From Nitrososphaeria archaeon (GTDB lineage: Archaea; Thermoproteota; Nitrososphaeria; JACIWG01), in contig CAVVXT010000002.1 of NCBI GenBank assembly GCA_963752255.1, positions 1-64,000 on the forward strand: 64,000 bases of DNA, read 5' to 3'. Numbering within the stretch: the stretch's first letter is position 1; the number at the start of each line of letters is the position of its first letter. Made by a program: the position numbers and the translations under genes. Positions 22,935 to 34,057 of this stretch are shown piece after piece. The notes beneath the pieces were generated by a model. The model saw nothing but the letters and a program-made list of their open reading frames with translations, was not told where the DNA came from and searched no databases.

Positions 22935-23447
22935 CTATTCAAAGATTACAGACGCGACCTTCTTCTTTGCTTCCGCCAGAATTTCATGTATCTTGTTCAT
23001 CTTTTCTTCGTCAACGTACTCTTCATTTTGGAAGATCATCGATTGGATGTCCCTGACATCTTTCACGAAGCCGAATATGCCCATTCTTTCGGTGTACTCC
23101 TTCCCAGCCCTAATCCTTTCAACTACATCCTTCTTATCTTCAAGGTACTTCCTGCCTTCAGAAGTCAAAGAATAGATCTTCTTTCCTTCCCTTTCTTCAG
23201 AGACAATATATCCTAGATCCTCGAGCTCCTGAAGTGTAGGATAGACCAGCCCTGCGCTTACAGGTCTTTGATGTTCCCTGCCTATCTCTTGAATAAGGGC
23301 GTATCCGTGCATCGGCTTTTCTGATAGAGCCATCAAGACGAGGAAACGGAAATCGCCTCTCCTGACCCCGAACGCCCCCTTCCAGTGCATGTGTCTTCCT
23401 CCGAAACCTCTCATATCGTCTGAACATCCGTATCTGAATCCACACAT
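22935..23447 (-). CDS. PadR family regulator
   Basis: PMHGYALI, SAGLVYPTLQELED.G, KKIYSLTSEG. Confidence 0.92.
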   Translation of the reverse strand: MCGFRYGCSDDMRGFGGRHMHWKGAFGVRRGDFRFLVLMALSEKPMHGYALIQEIGREHQRPVSAGLVYPTLQELEDLGYIVSEEREGKKIYSLTSEGRKYLEDKKDVVERIRAGKEYTERMGIFGFVKDVRDIQSMIFQNEEYVDEEKMNKIHEILAEAKKKVASVIFE

Positions 23448-23459
23448 ATTATATCGTTC

Positions 23460-23479
23460 AATATATCTAATGATATATT
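23460..23479. promoter_or_regulatory. Palindromic operator AATATATC-N4-GATATATT upstream of padR
   Basis: Perfect 8-bp arms between the TATA-like element and the padR start. Confidence 0.6.
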
Positions 23480-23727
23480 AATAAATGTATCGTTTTGTAT
23501 GATTTAATAGGCTCTGCTAATAGGAGAGTGCCAATCCAGCAACATATGTATTAGAGGCTCAGACAGCGACAAGGGAGATATTAGGAGGGCTGCGAGGAAA
23601 GGCAAATTCTCAGGTTTAATTCTTAATTTTGGTGGGGGAATATTTTATTTTTGCGGCTCGCTGGTATCTATATATCGGGTGTCTCTCCCTATATGTCCTT
23701 CAATAAGGTTAAAATAGAAGGAATTGT

Positions 23728-24931
23728 ATGAAAGGAATTAAAAGGATTAGTATGAGAGTGATAAGTGTCGAAATTTTCGATCTAAATCCAAAGTTCAAAC
23801 CTAATTGGCATCCTGTCGTTGTGCGTGTCAATACAGATGAGGGCATAAGTGGTTTAGGTGAAGTAGGTTTAGCGTACGGCACAGGTCATACGGCTGGTGC
23901 TTCCATGGTAAAAGAACTTTCAGAGCAATTTGTCATCGGGTCAGATCCCATGAAAACAGAAAAGTTATGGGAGAAAATGTTTAGATCAACATTTTGGGCT
24001 CTAGGTGGTGGTCCCGTCGTTTTCGGAGGCATGAGTGGAATTGACACAGCTCTTTGGGATATAAAGGGTAAGTTTCTTGATGTACCACTCTACCAGCTTC
24101 TAGGTGGGAAGACTAATGAAAGGTTACGAACGTACGCAAGCCAAATACAATTTGGCTGGGATAAAGAAGAAGTAAAAGCCTGCAAGGAACCAGAGGAGTA
24201 CGCAAAGGAAGCCCGTAAGGCTGTAGCTGAAGGCTATGATTGCGTGAAGGTTGACCCTGTTATATTTGATGCGAAAGGTGAAAGAATCAACATGCTAAGA
24301 GGTGTTGTGAAAAAAGACCTGTTCAAACTATTCTACGGTAGAGTAAAGGCCGTCAGGGAAGCTGTCGGATCAGATGTTGATATCATCATCGAACTACATT
24401 CCCTTCTAAGTGCTACGACCGCAATTCAATTAGGAAAAATTTGGGAAGAATTTGATTGTATGTTCTATGAAGAACCGGTAAACTATCTAAACGCTGATCT
24501 CCACTATAAAGTATCAAAAAGTTTGAAGATTCCTTCAGCTGCTGGTGAGAGAATATATACACGTTGGGGTTATCGACAGTATTTTGAAAAGCAGGCTTTG
24601 AATATAATTCAACCAGACCTAGGGTTAGTGGGCGGCATAACTGAGGGGAAGAAGATTTGTGATTACGCGGATATCTATGATATCGGAGTACAAGTTCACG
24701 TTTGTGGAAGCCCTGTAGCCACTGCAGCAGCATTGCAGACTAGAAGCGGCTATACCCAACTTCATTATCCACGAACATCATACCTACGCACTTAATAACG
24801 GTAATATCGAGCTCTGTAAACAGAACTATCAACCAAAGAACGGAAACTTTGAAATTCCCGATCTTCCCGGCCTAGGCATTGAACTAAACGATAATGTTGT
24901 CAACGATTCTACAAAAATTCTAATCAAATAA
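23728..24931 (+). CDS. Mandelate racemase/muconate lactonizing (enolase superfamily) dehydratase, frameshift near 24738
   Basis: SGIDTALWDIKGK, KVD, EEP, AGER, QPD; the C-terminus continues in another frame (LEAAIPNFIIHEHH..PGLGIELN). Confidence 0.88.
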
Positions 24932-25243
24932 GGATATACAGTAATTGAGATAAAATAGATAAAAAGTAGTAGAAAGCTTCTTGAGGGGTCGGAGAATATT
25001 CCGGATGAAGTTGCTCATTTCCTACTAGCACTTTCGGTAAAAATGAACCAATCGATATCAATCATAAGGCTGTTTTAGAAAAAATTAAAGAGCAATTGAT
25101 CAGTTTTGGCATAGAATATATCAAATTTCTTAGACCAAGGGGCGAATTTGACAGGGTATATCGGTTTAAAAGAAAAGAGGATGAAGCTGTTTAGTCTAAT
25201 GGGGAAGAAGATATGCCCTAGATTCCTTTGGAATGGTAAATGC

Positions 25244-25389
25244 TGCCTTATGGACGCTTCCTACCATTTTAAATCACCTAACTTTTTTCAACATTAATTA
25301 TTATCCTAGCCAATTTTTCAGTTCTTTTCAATAACAAAGAATTGGCAGATACTTATTTCAGATTAAATTTAAATAAGTCTTTTTTTATC
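25244..25389 (-). repeat. ~145-bp inverted repeat, right copy (partner 20997-21141)
   Basis: Reverse complement of the left copy, with a homopolymer length difference. Confidence 0.9.
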
Positions 25390-25402
25390 TTCAAACTTGG
25401 AA

Positions 25403-25958
25403 ATGTCCACTTTTATTCCAACAAAATACTTTTTGACTAATGGCGTTGGCGTGCACAGGGATAGACTAGCGAGCTTTTGAGCTTGCTTTACGTGATGCTG
25501 GCATTCAATATTGTAACCGAGTTTCTGTATCTAGTATAATACCACCTAAGGCTAGGCACATTTCTAGAAAAGAGGGAATGAAGCTTATTTCTCCGGGCCA
25601 GATAATATTTGTGGTAATGAGTAAAAATGAAACCAACGAACCCAATAGACTAATCTCCGCATCTGTGGGCTTAGCCATTCCAAATGACAAATCATTGTTC
25701 GGCTATCTCTCTGAATTTCACTCTTTTGGGATGACAGGAGAGAAGTGTGGCGAATATGCAGAGGATCTTGCTGCTTACATGCTTGCGTCAACTTTAGGTC
25801 TAGAATTTGATCCTGACAAGAGTTATGACGTTCAAAAGGAACAGTGGCGCATCTCTGGAAAGATAGTTAAGACATCAAATATAACGCAATCAGCTGAGGG
25901 TAATAATAAGGGTGGCTATTGGACAACAGTGTTTTCTGCAGCAGTCTTTTTAGCGTAG
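25403..25958 (+). CDS. pdaD: Pyruvoyl-dependent arginine decarboxylase, frameshift near 25476
   Basis: PTKYFLT.GVG.H...LAS / FELALRDAGI..CN.VSVSSIIPP; GYLSEFH; WTTVFSAAVF. Confidence 0.88.
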
Positions 25959-26094
25959 CTCCATGATTTTTCTCCTTCTTGAATAAGTTTGATGTCTTTT
26001 GCCTTGTATTCCGCCATCTTCCGTATCTTCTCTCTAGGAATTTCTGATAATCTGTTAACATGGTTTTTTTATTCCTTAATCATACCTAATTTTT

Positions 26095-26162
26095 GTGATT
26101 TATCTTCAATCTTACATTGAAATACATCACTTACTTGACGAGAAGATTACTTGACGAGAAGA
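26095..26162. repeat. 35-bp dispersed repeat (partner 34666-34700) followed by a 16-bp tandem duplication
   Basis: GTGATTTATCTYCAATCTTACATTGAAATACATCA at both loci; TTACTTGACGAGAAGA occurs twice. Confidence 0.8.
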
Positions 26163-26254
26163 TTGGTTACTCCGTAAATTAGAAATAATCATTTCAACAA
26201 ATACGTTAGCCCAAACGTACCCAGATTTCACGCCAAAAGGAGATGTAGGCAGAT

Positions 26255-26340
26255 GACATATCACTTAATCCGCATCATAAAATACAATCGGAATCCTTTA
26301 ACTAAATTCGTCCAGCATAAACCGCGTTTACAGTAAGAGC
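26255..26340 (-). mobile_element. Degenerate IS transposase 3' remnant related to 55281-55500
   Basis: Shares CGTCCAGCATAAA and CACTTAAT; translates KRGLCWTNLVKGFRLY versus ALCWTLFVSGFQWF. Confidence 0.4.
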
Positions 26341-26633
26341 TTCTTTTTGGAAAAAGGGGGTCCCCTAAACCGGTTAAAAGGAGCACTTAACCTATTGACA
26401 AAGCAATCGTCAAATGAGCCAAGTAAAACACATGGCTGAAATTATCCACATCATTAAACTAAAGGACTTTGTCACGGCAAACGGGTAAGTTAAGACTTTT
26501 TACCCTCATTTCTTAAAGATAACAAATTTTTAATCGGAACCTTTAAGCTAACGGATTTATAAGTGAGGAGAACGGGTCTCCAAACTACCTTTATTAGTTA
26601 CCTCTAGATAATCATAAATTGTAGGGTCTAAAG

Positions 26634-27038
26634 ATGGCAAATGATATTGAAAAGATACTTAAAGATTTTGATACCGTATGGAATTTACATGACGTGGATA
26701 AGGCGGTCTCCTTCTATACAGATGAATGTGTTTTAGAGGATTTGGGTCTGGGTGTAGTCTGCCATGGAAAGAAGGAGTTAGTTGCCTTATTTAAAAGAAC
26801 GTTTTTTGATACTCCTAATCTACGATGCGAATCGAAGTCGCTGTTTAACGCTGGTAATTGGGTGGCTTGGGAATGGACCATGACAGGCACTCGAGCCCAC
26901 AACAGCAACAATCCAGCGATACCGGTGACTGGAAAACGCTTTTCGGTCAGAGGCGTATCGATAATCGAAGTTCAAGGAGGTAAGATAAACCGAGAGACTG
27001 ATTACTATAACGCACTCACTTTATATCAGTGTATTTGA
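26634..27038 (+). CDS. SnoaL-like/ester cyclase protein
   Basis: WNLHDVD, WEWTMTGT, TGKRFSVRGVSI, GKINRETDYYN. Confidence 0.85.
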   Translation: MANDIEKILKDFDTVWNLHDVDKAVSFYTDECVLEDLGLGVVCHGKKELVALFKRTFFDTPNLRCESKSLFNAGNWVAWEWTMTGTRAHNSNNPAIPVTGKRFSVRGVSIIEVQGGKINRETDYYNALTLYQCI

Positions 27039-27211
27039 GGAGGAGTTGATAAAAGGTCCTTACATTTTACACACTTGAATTTAAAAAATGAGATTTAAGT
27101 TTTTAGAGGATCTACCTGTTTATTCTTGAAAAAAAGCAGGTCTACGCCATCGGAAGCATTTACTCTTAATTGCTTAAATAAGCTAGGTAAATAAGGTAGT
27201 AATAGATAGAA

Positions 27212-27895
27212 ATGTCAATTTTACCTCAATGTGCAAAGTGTCCAGGAGCCTATTGCCGAAATATGCCAATAGAGGAAATTAGAAAAGACATTCTTCCAGA
27301 GTATTGCCCTATGAAAACAAGTGAAGAGACTATCAAGTCAGTGACCGAAAAATACATGATGGATGACGTAAAGAAGATTTACGTTCCCGCTACTATCACA
27401 GAAAAAGAGGCGTATGAAGTGGTGAGAGGGGTGCGGATGGCTGTACGGCCTCGAATTAAAGAGCTAATCGAGTTCGGTAAGATAATTAAAGCCCAAAAGA
27501 TAGGTGTCGCCTTTTGTGCTGGATTGAGGGATGAAGGGGCAAGAATTACAAAGATTCTTGAAGACTCCGGATTTATGGTTGCATCGGTCATGTGCAAATG
27601 TGGAGGTACAGACAAGGAAAAATTAGGTGTTGAAAAGGAGTACAAGATTGAGGATCCCTTAAAGTTTGAGCCAGGCTGCAATCCCATTCTTCAGGCAATA
27701 CTTCTCAATAATTCTGAAACAGACATCAACGTTATCGTCGGCTTATGTCTAGGGCACGATATGCTCTTTACAATGAACTCTAAAGCGCCAGTAACAACCT
27801 TAATAGTTAAAGACCGCCTGCTGGGCCATAACCCGGTAATCGCCCTCTACAGCAGCATTTATAAAAATATAATAGAATCACAGAAAAGGAAGTGA
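27212..27895 (+). CDS. DUF1847 family metal-binding protein
   Basis: RIKELIEF, IGVAFCAGL, CKCGG.DK, CNPILQA..LN, GLCLGHD, KDR.LGHNP. Confidence 0.88.
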   Translation: MSILPQCAKCPGAYCRNMPIEEIRKDILPEYCPMKTSEETIKSVTEKYMMDDVKKIYVPATITEKEAYEVVRGVRMAVRPRIKELIEFGKIIKAQKIGVAFCAGLRDEGARITKILEDSGFMVASVMCKCGGTDKEKLGVEKEYKIEDPLKFEPGCNPILQAILLNNSETDINVIVGLCLGHDMLFTMNSKAPVTTLIVKDRLLGHNPVIALYSSIYKNIIESQKRK

Positions 27896-27914
27896 ACTCC
27901 GTAGACCTATTATA

Positions 27915-28160
27915 ACCTCAACTCTTTGGTGAGTGCTTTAGCAGTCCAAGTTTTATTGGCAGAACCGAGTTGAAGAGTATAGTTGCTGGGAGGAGAAAGA
28001 GTCCATCAGCTCAGCTCTGTTTCCACAACCTTGGAAGCCGTATAGAACAACACCCTTCGGAGGTGGGATACCATATTTATCCTACTTGGAAGGATTTAAT
28101 ATAGGTTCCTTCACTCTTGTTATAAGCCAGTGTTTAAGGTAGTCGTATCCTCCATCGATT
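27915..28160 (-). pseudogene. AAA+ ATPase fragment (copy 2) with the same Walker A intron
   Basis: DGGYDYLKHWLITRVKEPILNPSK*DKYGIPPPKGVVLYGFQGCG [67 nt] KTWTAKALTKEL. Confidence 0.85.
27954..28020 (-). ncRNA. Putative BHB intron, 67 nt, copy 2
   Basis: Intron stem arms and bulges identical to copy 1; the four intron differences all lie in the central loop region. Confidence 0.75.
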
Positions 28161-28237
28161 ATAGTCGATCTGATAAGGCATAGTTGAAGATGTCTAGATA
28201 GAAGGCCCCAATTTTCGAATATGATCGAAGTTCATCA

Positions 28238-28289
28238 GAAACCTACTGCTTTGACCAAAACTTCTTTATCAAAGGCACCTTGCTGAAAT
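28238..28289 (-). repeat. Duplicated 3' end of the H+-ATPase gene (partner about 30041-30092)
   Basis: ACCAAAACTTCTTTATCAAAGGCACCTTG occurs at both places. Confidence 0.75.
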
Positions 28290-28384
28290 AACAAGGTCTT
28301 GAGAAAGAACAGTAATAGGAGATCAAAGTAGAAAGGCTGCATTAGAGGCTATATTAAAAAAGATAATTATATGTTCACAGCCAA

Positions 28385-29575
28385 ATGGTTAAGGAGTCCC
28401 ATATGTTTAAAGAGTTCAGTGACCTAAGGCATATTACAAATTTTAAAAGGACAATTTTTCCGATTTCAATCGCATTTTTTATTTACACTTTCGGTTGGGG
28501 AATTACCTCTCCTGTTTTCTCGATTTATGTAAAGAACGTGACTGGAAACCTATTCCTGACCGGCCTTATTCTTTCGTTGACAACAATGATGGGAATATTT
28601 CTCAACATACCATTTGGTATCATTGAGAACAGAATGAATATGAAATTGGTTCTGCAGATAATATTGCTCATCTACTCCGCCCTTGCATTACTCTATCCTC
28701 TAGCAAATGCCTTCCTACCCTTATTGTTGATAAGCATTACTAGGGGAGTTGCGTCATCTTTCCTCTGGTTGACTTCGTGGGCTTATATTTTCGCCTATAC
28801 TGAAAAAGGTGTAAAAGGAAAGGAAGTTGGATTCTTCTCTGACATGAATGATTTAGCTTCAGCATTATCTCCTATTATAGGAGGTTTTATCTCTATTCTT
28901 TCGTTCTTTCTACCATTCTATGTGCTTAGCTTAACAAGCCTAACCACATTCATTGTAGTCTCACTCTACTTGAAGGAAACACCTAAGCCCGAAAAGGTAT
29001 CGTTGAATGTTCAAAAGTCTACTTTGTTGAAATACATGCGTAGCAGCCGATTCGTAAAAACTGTACTACTTATAATCGTGTTCTATGCTCTGATTAACAT
29101 CTATTATTCGTTCCTTTCAGTATTTCTTAATAGTGAAGGAATCTCTATTCCTCTGATAGGTGTCATACTCACAGTCGCCCTTCTGCCTGCGGTCGCTCTT
29201 GAAGTGCCGATGGGAAACCTAATAGATAGACATGAGATACGTAAGACGCTGGTATTAGCTGCCATCTTGACGACTTTAACGGGGGTTCTTATGCCGTTGT
29301 CAAGTAACCTATATTATACATTAACGATCGTGACAGCCTTTACCATAAGTTACACAATGATCTTCATAGCGTTGTACTCAAGAATGTCAGATATAATGGG
29401 TGAAAGTAAAGTGGTAATGACTGGAGCTATAGCTACGTTCAAAGATTTAGGCTATACTCTTGGTCCATTGATAGCTGGTATATTGATGGAGTTTATGAGC
29501 ATCAAGAGTACGTTCTTTTTGACAGGGGCGGCATTTACCCTCTTGATACCTGTTGCTCTCCTCCTACGTGATTGA
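28385..29575 (+). CDS. MFS transporter
   Basis: About 12 TM helices; GNLIDRHEIRK; DLGYTLGPLIAG. Confidence 0.88.
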   Translation: MVKESHMFKEFSDLRHITNFKRTIFPISIAFFIYTFGWGITSPVFSIYVKNVTGNLFLTGLILSLTTMMGIFLNIPFGIIENRMNMKLVLQIILLIYSALALLYPLANAFLPLLLISITRGVASSFLWLTSWAYIFAYTEKGVKGKEVGFFSDMNDLASALSPIIGGFISILSFFLPFYVLSLTSLTTFIVVSLYLKETPKPEKVSLNVQKSTLLKYMRSSRFVKTVLLIIVFYALINIYYSFLSVFLNSEGISIPLIGVILTVALLPAVALEVPMGNLIDRHEIRKTLVLAAILTTLTGVLMPLSSNLYYTLTIVTAFTISYTMIFIALYSRMSDIMGESKVVMTGAIATFKDLGYTLGPLIAGILMEFMSIKSTFFLTGAAFTLLIPVALLLRD

Positions 29576-30045
29576 TTCTCACTGTTTAGAGAGTGAAATT
29601 GAAATTCATTGAGACGTATATAATAAACCGTAAGCGATCATTTTAATGAAGCATCGAAGATGGAGTGGCATGTTTAAATCTTATGGCATGTCAGAATATG
29701 ACCGCAACAAGTGATTCATGGAAACTCCAAGACCACTCGTGCTAGTAGATGAACCCTTTTCTTAGTAACCTAGCGCAAGAGACAACAATGGCCCTTACTA
29801 AAAAACAAAGGTAAGCGTTATCCTCTTGCATGTTGCACCTAATATGACATTGTATATTGTTTCATACCCGAGAATCTTCCTAAGGAGAACTCCCATTAAC
29901 TCCTACGCCTTTTGAGCTTCGTCTACCATAATGATTGTCTTCTTTATTAGAATGGGAGTTAGAAGAAGACCAAGAGTGGAATACGTTCCTATTACTCATC
30001 AGCCCTGGCATCCATTTTCAAATATAATTGGGGTTTGTCGGAAAC

Positions 30046-32460
30046 CTATTGCTTCAACCAAAACTTCTTTATCAAAGGCACCTTGATGAAATCATTTACT
30101 AAGAAGGCTGCGATAAAAGAAAACGCTGGAACCGTCAGAGCGATGATAGGAACTATAGGAATCACTCCAGGTAATCCCAAAATAGCGATGAGGAAGACAA
30201 ACAGTAGGTCACCTAAAATTATTATTAGCAAAGGATTACTTGGTCTCGAATCCCAGAAATGTTTGCGTTCCCTAACTATCAACAAGTCAAATAATTCCAC
30301 GTAAATCAGCAGTTCGAACGAAAAAGTCTGCAATTGATCGATATTGTTGCCGAGCCCAAAGTAATTAAAACCTATTCCGAGTATAATCAGCAACTCTGCC
30401 ACGACTACGACCCCAAGGCAAACAGCCACTTTGATGAGACCTGTTATATTCCAGCTGTCAGGTTTTTCAGAATATCGAACATTGTCTGTTGATAATGATA
30501 AGGTTACAAAATCTGTTAAGAATATCAGTAAAATCATGTGAAGCGCGGATATTATGTACGTTCCTGTCAGAAGAAATGCGATAACTACTAAAATGGTTAT
30601 CTGGAATGTTTTAACCACTTTATTGAGAATCCAAGTTAAGATCCTTTGATGTATGATCCTCCCTGTTTTAACTAAATCCAGTATACCTACTAGTCCTTCT
30701 GTTGTGAGGACAGCGCTGGCAGCCTTCTTAGCCACATCCGTGGCGTTACTGACAGCTATACCCACTTCAGCCTGTTTCAATGCAGGAGCATCGTTAACGC
30801 CATCACCCGTCATTCCCACGATATGCCCTCCTCTCTGAAGGCCTTTAACTATAGAGTATTTGTCCTCAGGATAGATCTCTGCGAATCCACTATTCCCTTC
30901 TAAAGTTTTAATGAGCTCGCTCTCTGGAAGCCCCTTTACATCTGAGAACTTGATGATGTTCCCGCCTAAGCCAACCTGCTCTGCAACTTCTTTGGCTACT
31001 GGCAAAGCGTCTCCAGTCAGCATCTTTACAGAAATGCCAACGTCATTAAGTTCAGTTATGAGCTCTTTTGAATCAGTCCTGGGCTTGTCATACAACGCAG
31101 CTAAACCTACCATGTTAATGTCATAGTCGGCCTTACCTTCAGCTACAGCCATCACCCTATAGCCCTTATTTGACAATCGCTCAACTTCCCTTTCCATTTT
31201 GCTTAACTCTTCTTGGCTCATTTTACACAAAGAGAATATGGTTCCAACTGCTCCTTTGAGCACACGAAATTTCTCCCCTCCCATAGATATAGTAGCCTCT
31301 GTTCTCCTGGTCAAAGGATCAAAAGGCACAAACTTCTCTTGCAAGTAGCATTCAAATTGGTTTCGCATGCTATCCGCAGCTGATAAGAAAGCTAGATCTA
31401 TAGAGTCCTGGTTCGCCTCATTAGATGCTAAAGCGCCGAACAATATTACATCATCGTTTTTGTACCCTTTCGCAGGCACCGTCTCCGTTACTTGGAGCTT
31501 GTTCATGGTAATTGTTCCGGTCTTATCGACGCATATCACATCCGTGGTTGCAGCGTCCTCACTTGCACTAAGCCTTGTAACCAGTATCCCTTTCTTCATC
31601 ATGTCCAAGGACCCAAGCGCCATGCTGACCGTGAACATCGTAGGCAGAGCAACAGGTATTGCCGAAATCAAAAGAACAACCACTAACGGAAGTATCTCGA
31701 GTACGTTCATACCTCTCAAGATAGAAACGACTACGCTAATTGAAAGAAGTGATCCTACGATAACCACAAGCCATCTTACAACTTTGGAAGTCACGTCTTC
31801 CATGTGCAACTTTGGTTTAGCAACTTGAACTAGCTCCACGGTTCTTCCAAAATATGTTTTTGTCCCTGTAGAGACAACAATACCGGATATTTCGCCCCTT
31901 TTAAGGATGGAACCACTGTATAGGAGATCATCAACTTGTTTTTCGACTGTTTGTGACTCTCCGGTCAGAGATGACTGATCAACTTCAGTGCTCCCATTTA
32001 ATACTTTGGTGTCTGCCGGAATAAGGTCACCTGCTCTGAGCCTAATAACATCTCCAGGCACTAGCTCCTTTGCGGAAATCAATGTCCAAGCCCCACCACG
32101 TTTTACCCTTGCGTTGACCCTCAGTCTTTGCTTAAGAAGCTCCAGTGCAGAGTTAGCTCTTTCCTCCTGCAAAAAGCCCAAAACTGCATTAAAGACTAGA
32201 AGCCCAGCTATTATGTACATTTCAAGAAACTTTCCTAGAAGCCATTCGAGTATTATGGTTACTTCAAGCATCCATGGGGTTACGCCCCAAAATCTCTTTA
32301 CAAATTGATAAAAAGGATTAGCCTTCTTCTCTGGAACTTCGTTGAATCCGAACTCCTTTAATCTTTTCTGAACTTCATCAGAACTTAAGCCTTTTTCCAC
32401 ATCCGTGTCAAACTTGTTTCCATTTGGCTCTTTTACTGACGAACTGTTTTTTATGGCCAT
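30046..32460 (-). CDS. Plasma-membrane H+-exporting P-type ATPase (type IIIA)
   Basis: [40 protein letters not shown]. Confidence 0.93.
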   Translation of the reverse strand: MAIKNSSSVKEPNGNKFDTDVEKGLSSDEVQKRLKEFGFNEVPEKKANPFYQFVKRFWGVTPWMLEVTIILEWLLGKFLEMYIIAGLLVFNAVLGFLQEERANSALELLKQRLRVNARVKRGGAWTLISAKELVPGDVIRLRAGDLIPADTKVLNGSTEVDQSSLTGESQTVEKQVDDLLYSGSILKRGEISGIVVSTGTKTYFGRTVELVQVAKPKLHMEDVTSKVVRWLVVIVGSLLSISVVVSILRGMNVLEILPLVVVLLISAIPVALPTMFTVSMALGSLDMMKKGILVTRLSASEDAATTDVICVDKTGTITMNKLQVTETVPAKGYKNDDVILFGALASNEANQDSIDLAFLSAADSMRNQFECYLQEKFVPFDPLTRRTEATISMGGEKFRVLKGAVGTIFSLCKMSQEELSKMEREVERLSNKGYRVMAVAEGKADYDINMVGLAALYDKPRTDSKELITELNDVGISVKMLTGDALPVAKEVAEQVGLGGNIIKFSDVKGLPESELIKTLEGNSGFAEIYPEDKYSIVKGLQRGGHIVGMTGDGVNDAPALKQAEVGIAVSNATDVAKKAASAVLTTEGLVGILDLVKTGRIIHQRILTWILNKVVKTFQITILVVIAFLLTGTYIISALHMILLIFLTDFVTLSLSTDNVRYSEKPDSWNITGLIKVAVCLGVVVVAELLIILGIGFNYFGLGNNIDQLQTFSFELLIYVELFDLLIVRERKHFWDSRPSNPLLIIILGDLLFVFLIAILGLPGVIPIVPIIALTVPAFSFIAAFLVNDFIKVPLIKKFWLKQ

Positions 32461-32594
32461 TTCTTACCACTTCCCCTCCTACTATCCGTAATAAGACTTA
32501 CGACTAAATGTTGAGCCAAATCTAGAAAATATGTTGCATAACTTATAAAATCTTTTTATACTGATTTTCATACTATTAATTTGAGGTTGATAAT

Positions 32595-32879
32595 ATGTTA
32601 TTTGAAGCAGTTCACACCCATCCTTCCTCTAGCTGTCCTCTTCAGAAAACTGAAGGAAAAACGATGCTCAAGAAACTCTTCTCAGAAGAGAATGTCAGAA
32701 AGTCGGGGATAAAGATCGTAAGCGCCCATGTCAGTTGTCCAAAAGATGTTAGTGCACAGCACAAAGGCTTCTTCACTGTGGAAGCTAATGATGCAGCCAC
32801 TGTAACCAAATTTTTTGGCCCAATGACCGTTGAAGTCAGACAAGTCCTACCCTTCAGCGAAGTGGCAAAAACACTTTAG
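32595..32879 (+). CDS. Small ferredoxin-like-fold hypothetical protein (H.H....CP motif)
   Basis: GAGGT RBS; HTHPSSSCP, HKGFFTVEA. Confidence 0.6.
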   Translation: MLFEAVHTHPSSSCPLQKTEGKTMLKKLFSEENVRKSGIKIVSAHVSCPKDVSAQHKGFFTVEANDAATVTKFFGPMTVEVRQVLPFSEVAKTL

Positions 32880-33413
32880 GAATGTGGAAAAAAAACAGTA
32901 ATTTCCCAAATGATACGTAAACAAGAATTTGAATAGAGGATAATAGGAACTTTGAATTGGCCGAGTACACAAATTTATTCTAACCGTCAAGACAGCCCCA
33001 TGACGACAACAAGCCCCTTCTAGTAGTCTTCTGAAGTCCGCAAAGCTGGTCAGAATGTTTTCGTACACAAAAGGGTTCAGAACCTAATTTACAAAAATGA
33101 GGCTCAAATGCTTCTACACTATTTTTATTTGAAATTTGCTGATTCAAATCTTCACTCAATTTTATGATTTCGGCATTATCTGTCTCACTTGATCCCTTTT
33201 TTTTACCAATTCTCTAATATCTGATAATGTGGTCCTACTTAGATAAAAGCCACTTAGATAATAGTCCTGGGGATGAGCGACTTCATTATTTTTTTTAGCA
33301 TATGATAAAAGAAAATCTAAATGTGGTATTAATTTGGAAAATTTTATACTGTCACGTTTTAGAGTATGGTTGTTGCTCCATCGCCAGCAGATAATTTAAA
33401 AACACAATAGCGA

Positions 33414-34046
33414 TCACGTGCGTTTCCAGATTTCTACCATTGATTGACTGCCCCTGTACCCTATGGCCTTTTGAAGGGTCTGCAGCTTAAACTTTCTTGT
33501 TCGCAGATTCAGATCCAAAGGATTGTTGAAGTAGGTAAATCTGTCATCCATTCCAGTTACAACGACCCAGTGAGGCAGATTTTCTCCCTTGCAGAACAAC
33601 GCATTTGTCACTATCAATGGAACATGGTTCGAAATAAGAGAGTCGTAGATGATTTCGTACGTAATTACGCTGTATCTTTCTTTGACGCCCAGTTTTCTAC
33701 ACCTGCCTCTCCTTTCATCAAAATGAAGCTTGAGCACCTGCATGTTCAGATCTTCCACTGGCGGAACCAGCCTATCAACAAAATCGATGCCGTCAGTATT
33801 ACTAGTGACTCTCGCGCAAAAGCCACGCACCGCCGCAGAATCAGCTAGACCATACCTACTCGTACCGTACACTTCAACCATGTTTCCTTCCCTCCATACA
33901 TCAATCTCCACATCCTTGGCAACACGCAGATTGTCATCAAAATACTTCATAGCCATCATTAACGAAGCAGGACCGCACGTGAAGTCATAATGTTGCCTAT
34001 AAAATGGAATGTTTAGACGAATCGGTTCTTTGCGCTCAGCTTGCAT
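33414..34046 (-). CDS. Peptidase C39-like protein
   Basis: PFYRQHYDFTCGPASLMMA, PHWVVVTG.D, NNP. Confidence 0.85.
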   Translation of the reverse strand: MQAERKEPIRLNIPFYRQHYDFTCGPASLMMAMKYFDDNLRVAKDVEIDVWREGNMVEVYGTSRYGLADSAAVRGFCARVTSNTDGIDFVDRLVPPVEDLNMQVLKLHFDERRGRCRKLGVKERYSVITYEIIYDSLISNHVPLIVTNALFCKGENLPHWVVVTGMDDRFTYFNNPLDLNLRTRKFKLQTLQKAIGYRGSQSMVEIWKRT

Positions 34047-34057
34047 GTTCTATCCAA

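Noticed and set aside
26095-26129. CRISPR repeat (ATTGAAA ending)
   Set aside because: Only two copies 8.6 kb apart, no spacer array, no cas genes.
28082-28084. Pyrrolysine TAG in the AAA fragment
   Set aside because: It lies in a truncated fragment and no pyl genes are seen; a nonsense mutation is simpler.
33360-33392. Fluoride riboswitch (minus-strand GGCGATGGAG)
   Set aside because: The following TTCGCC and the 3' TAATGACTCCTAC segment are missing, and no suitable gene lies downstream.
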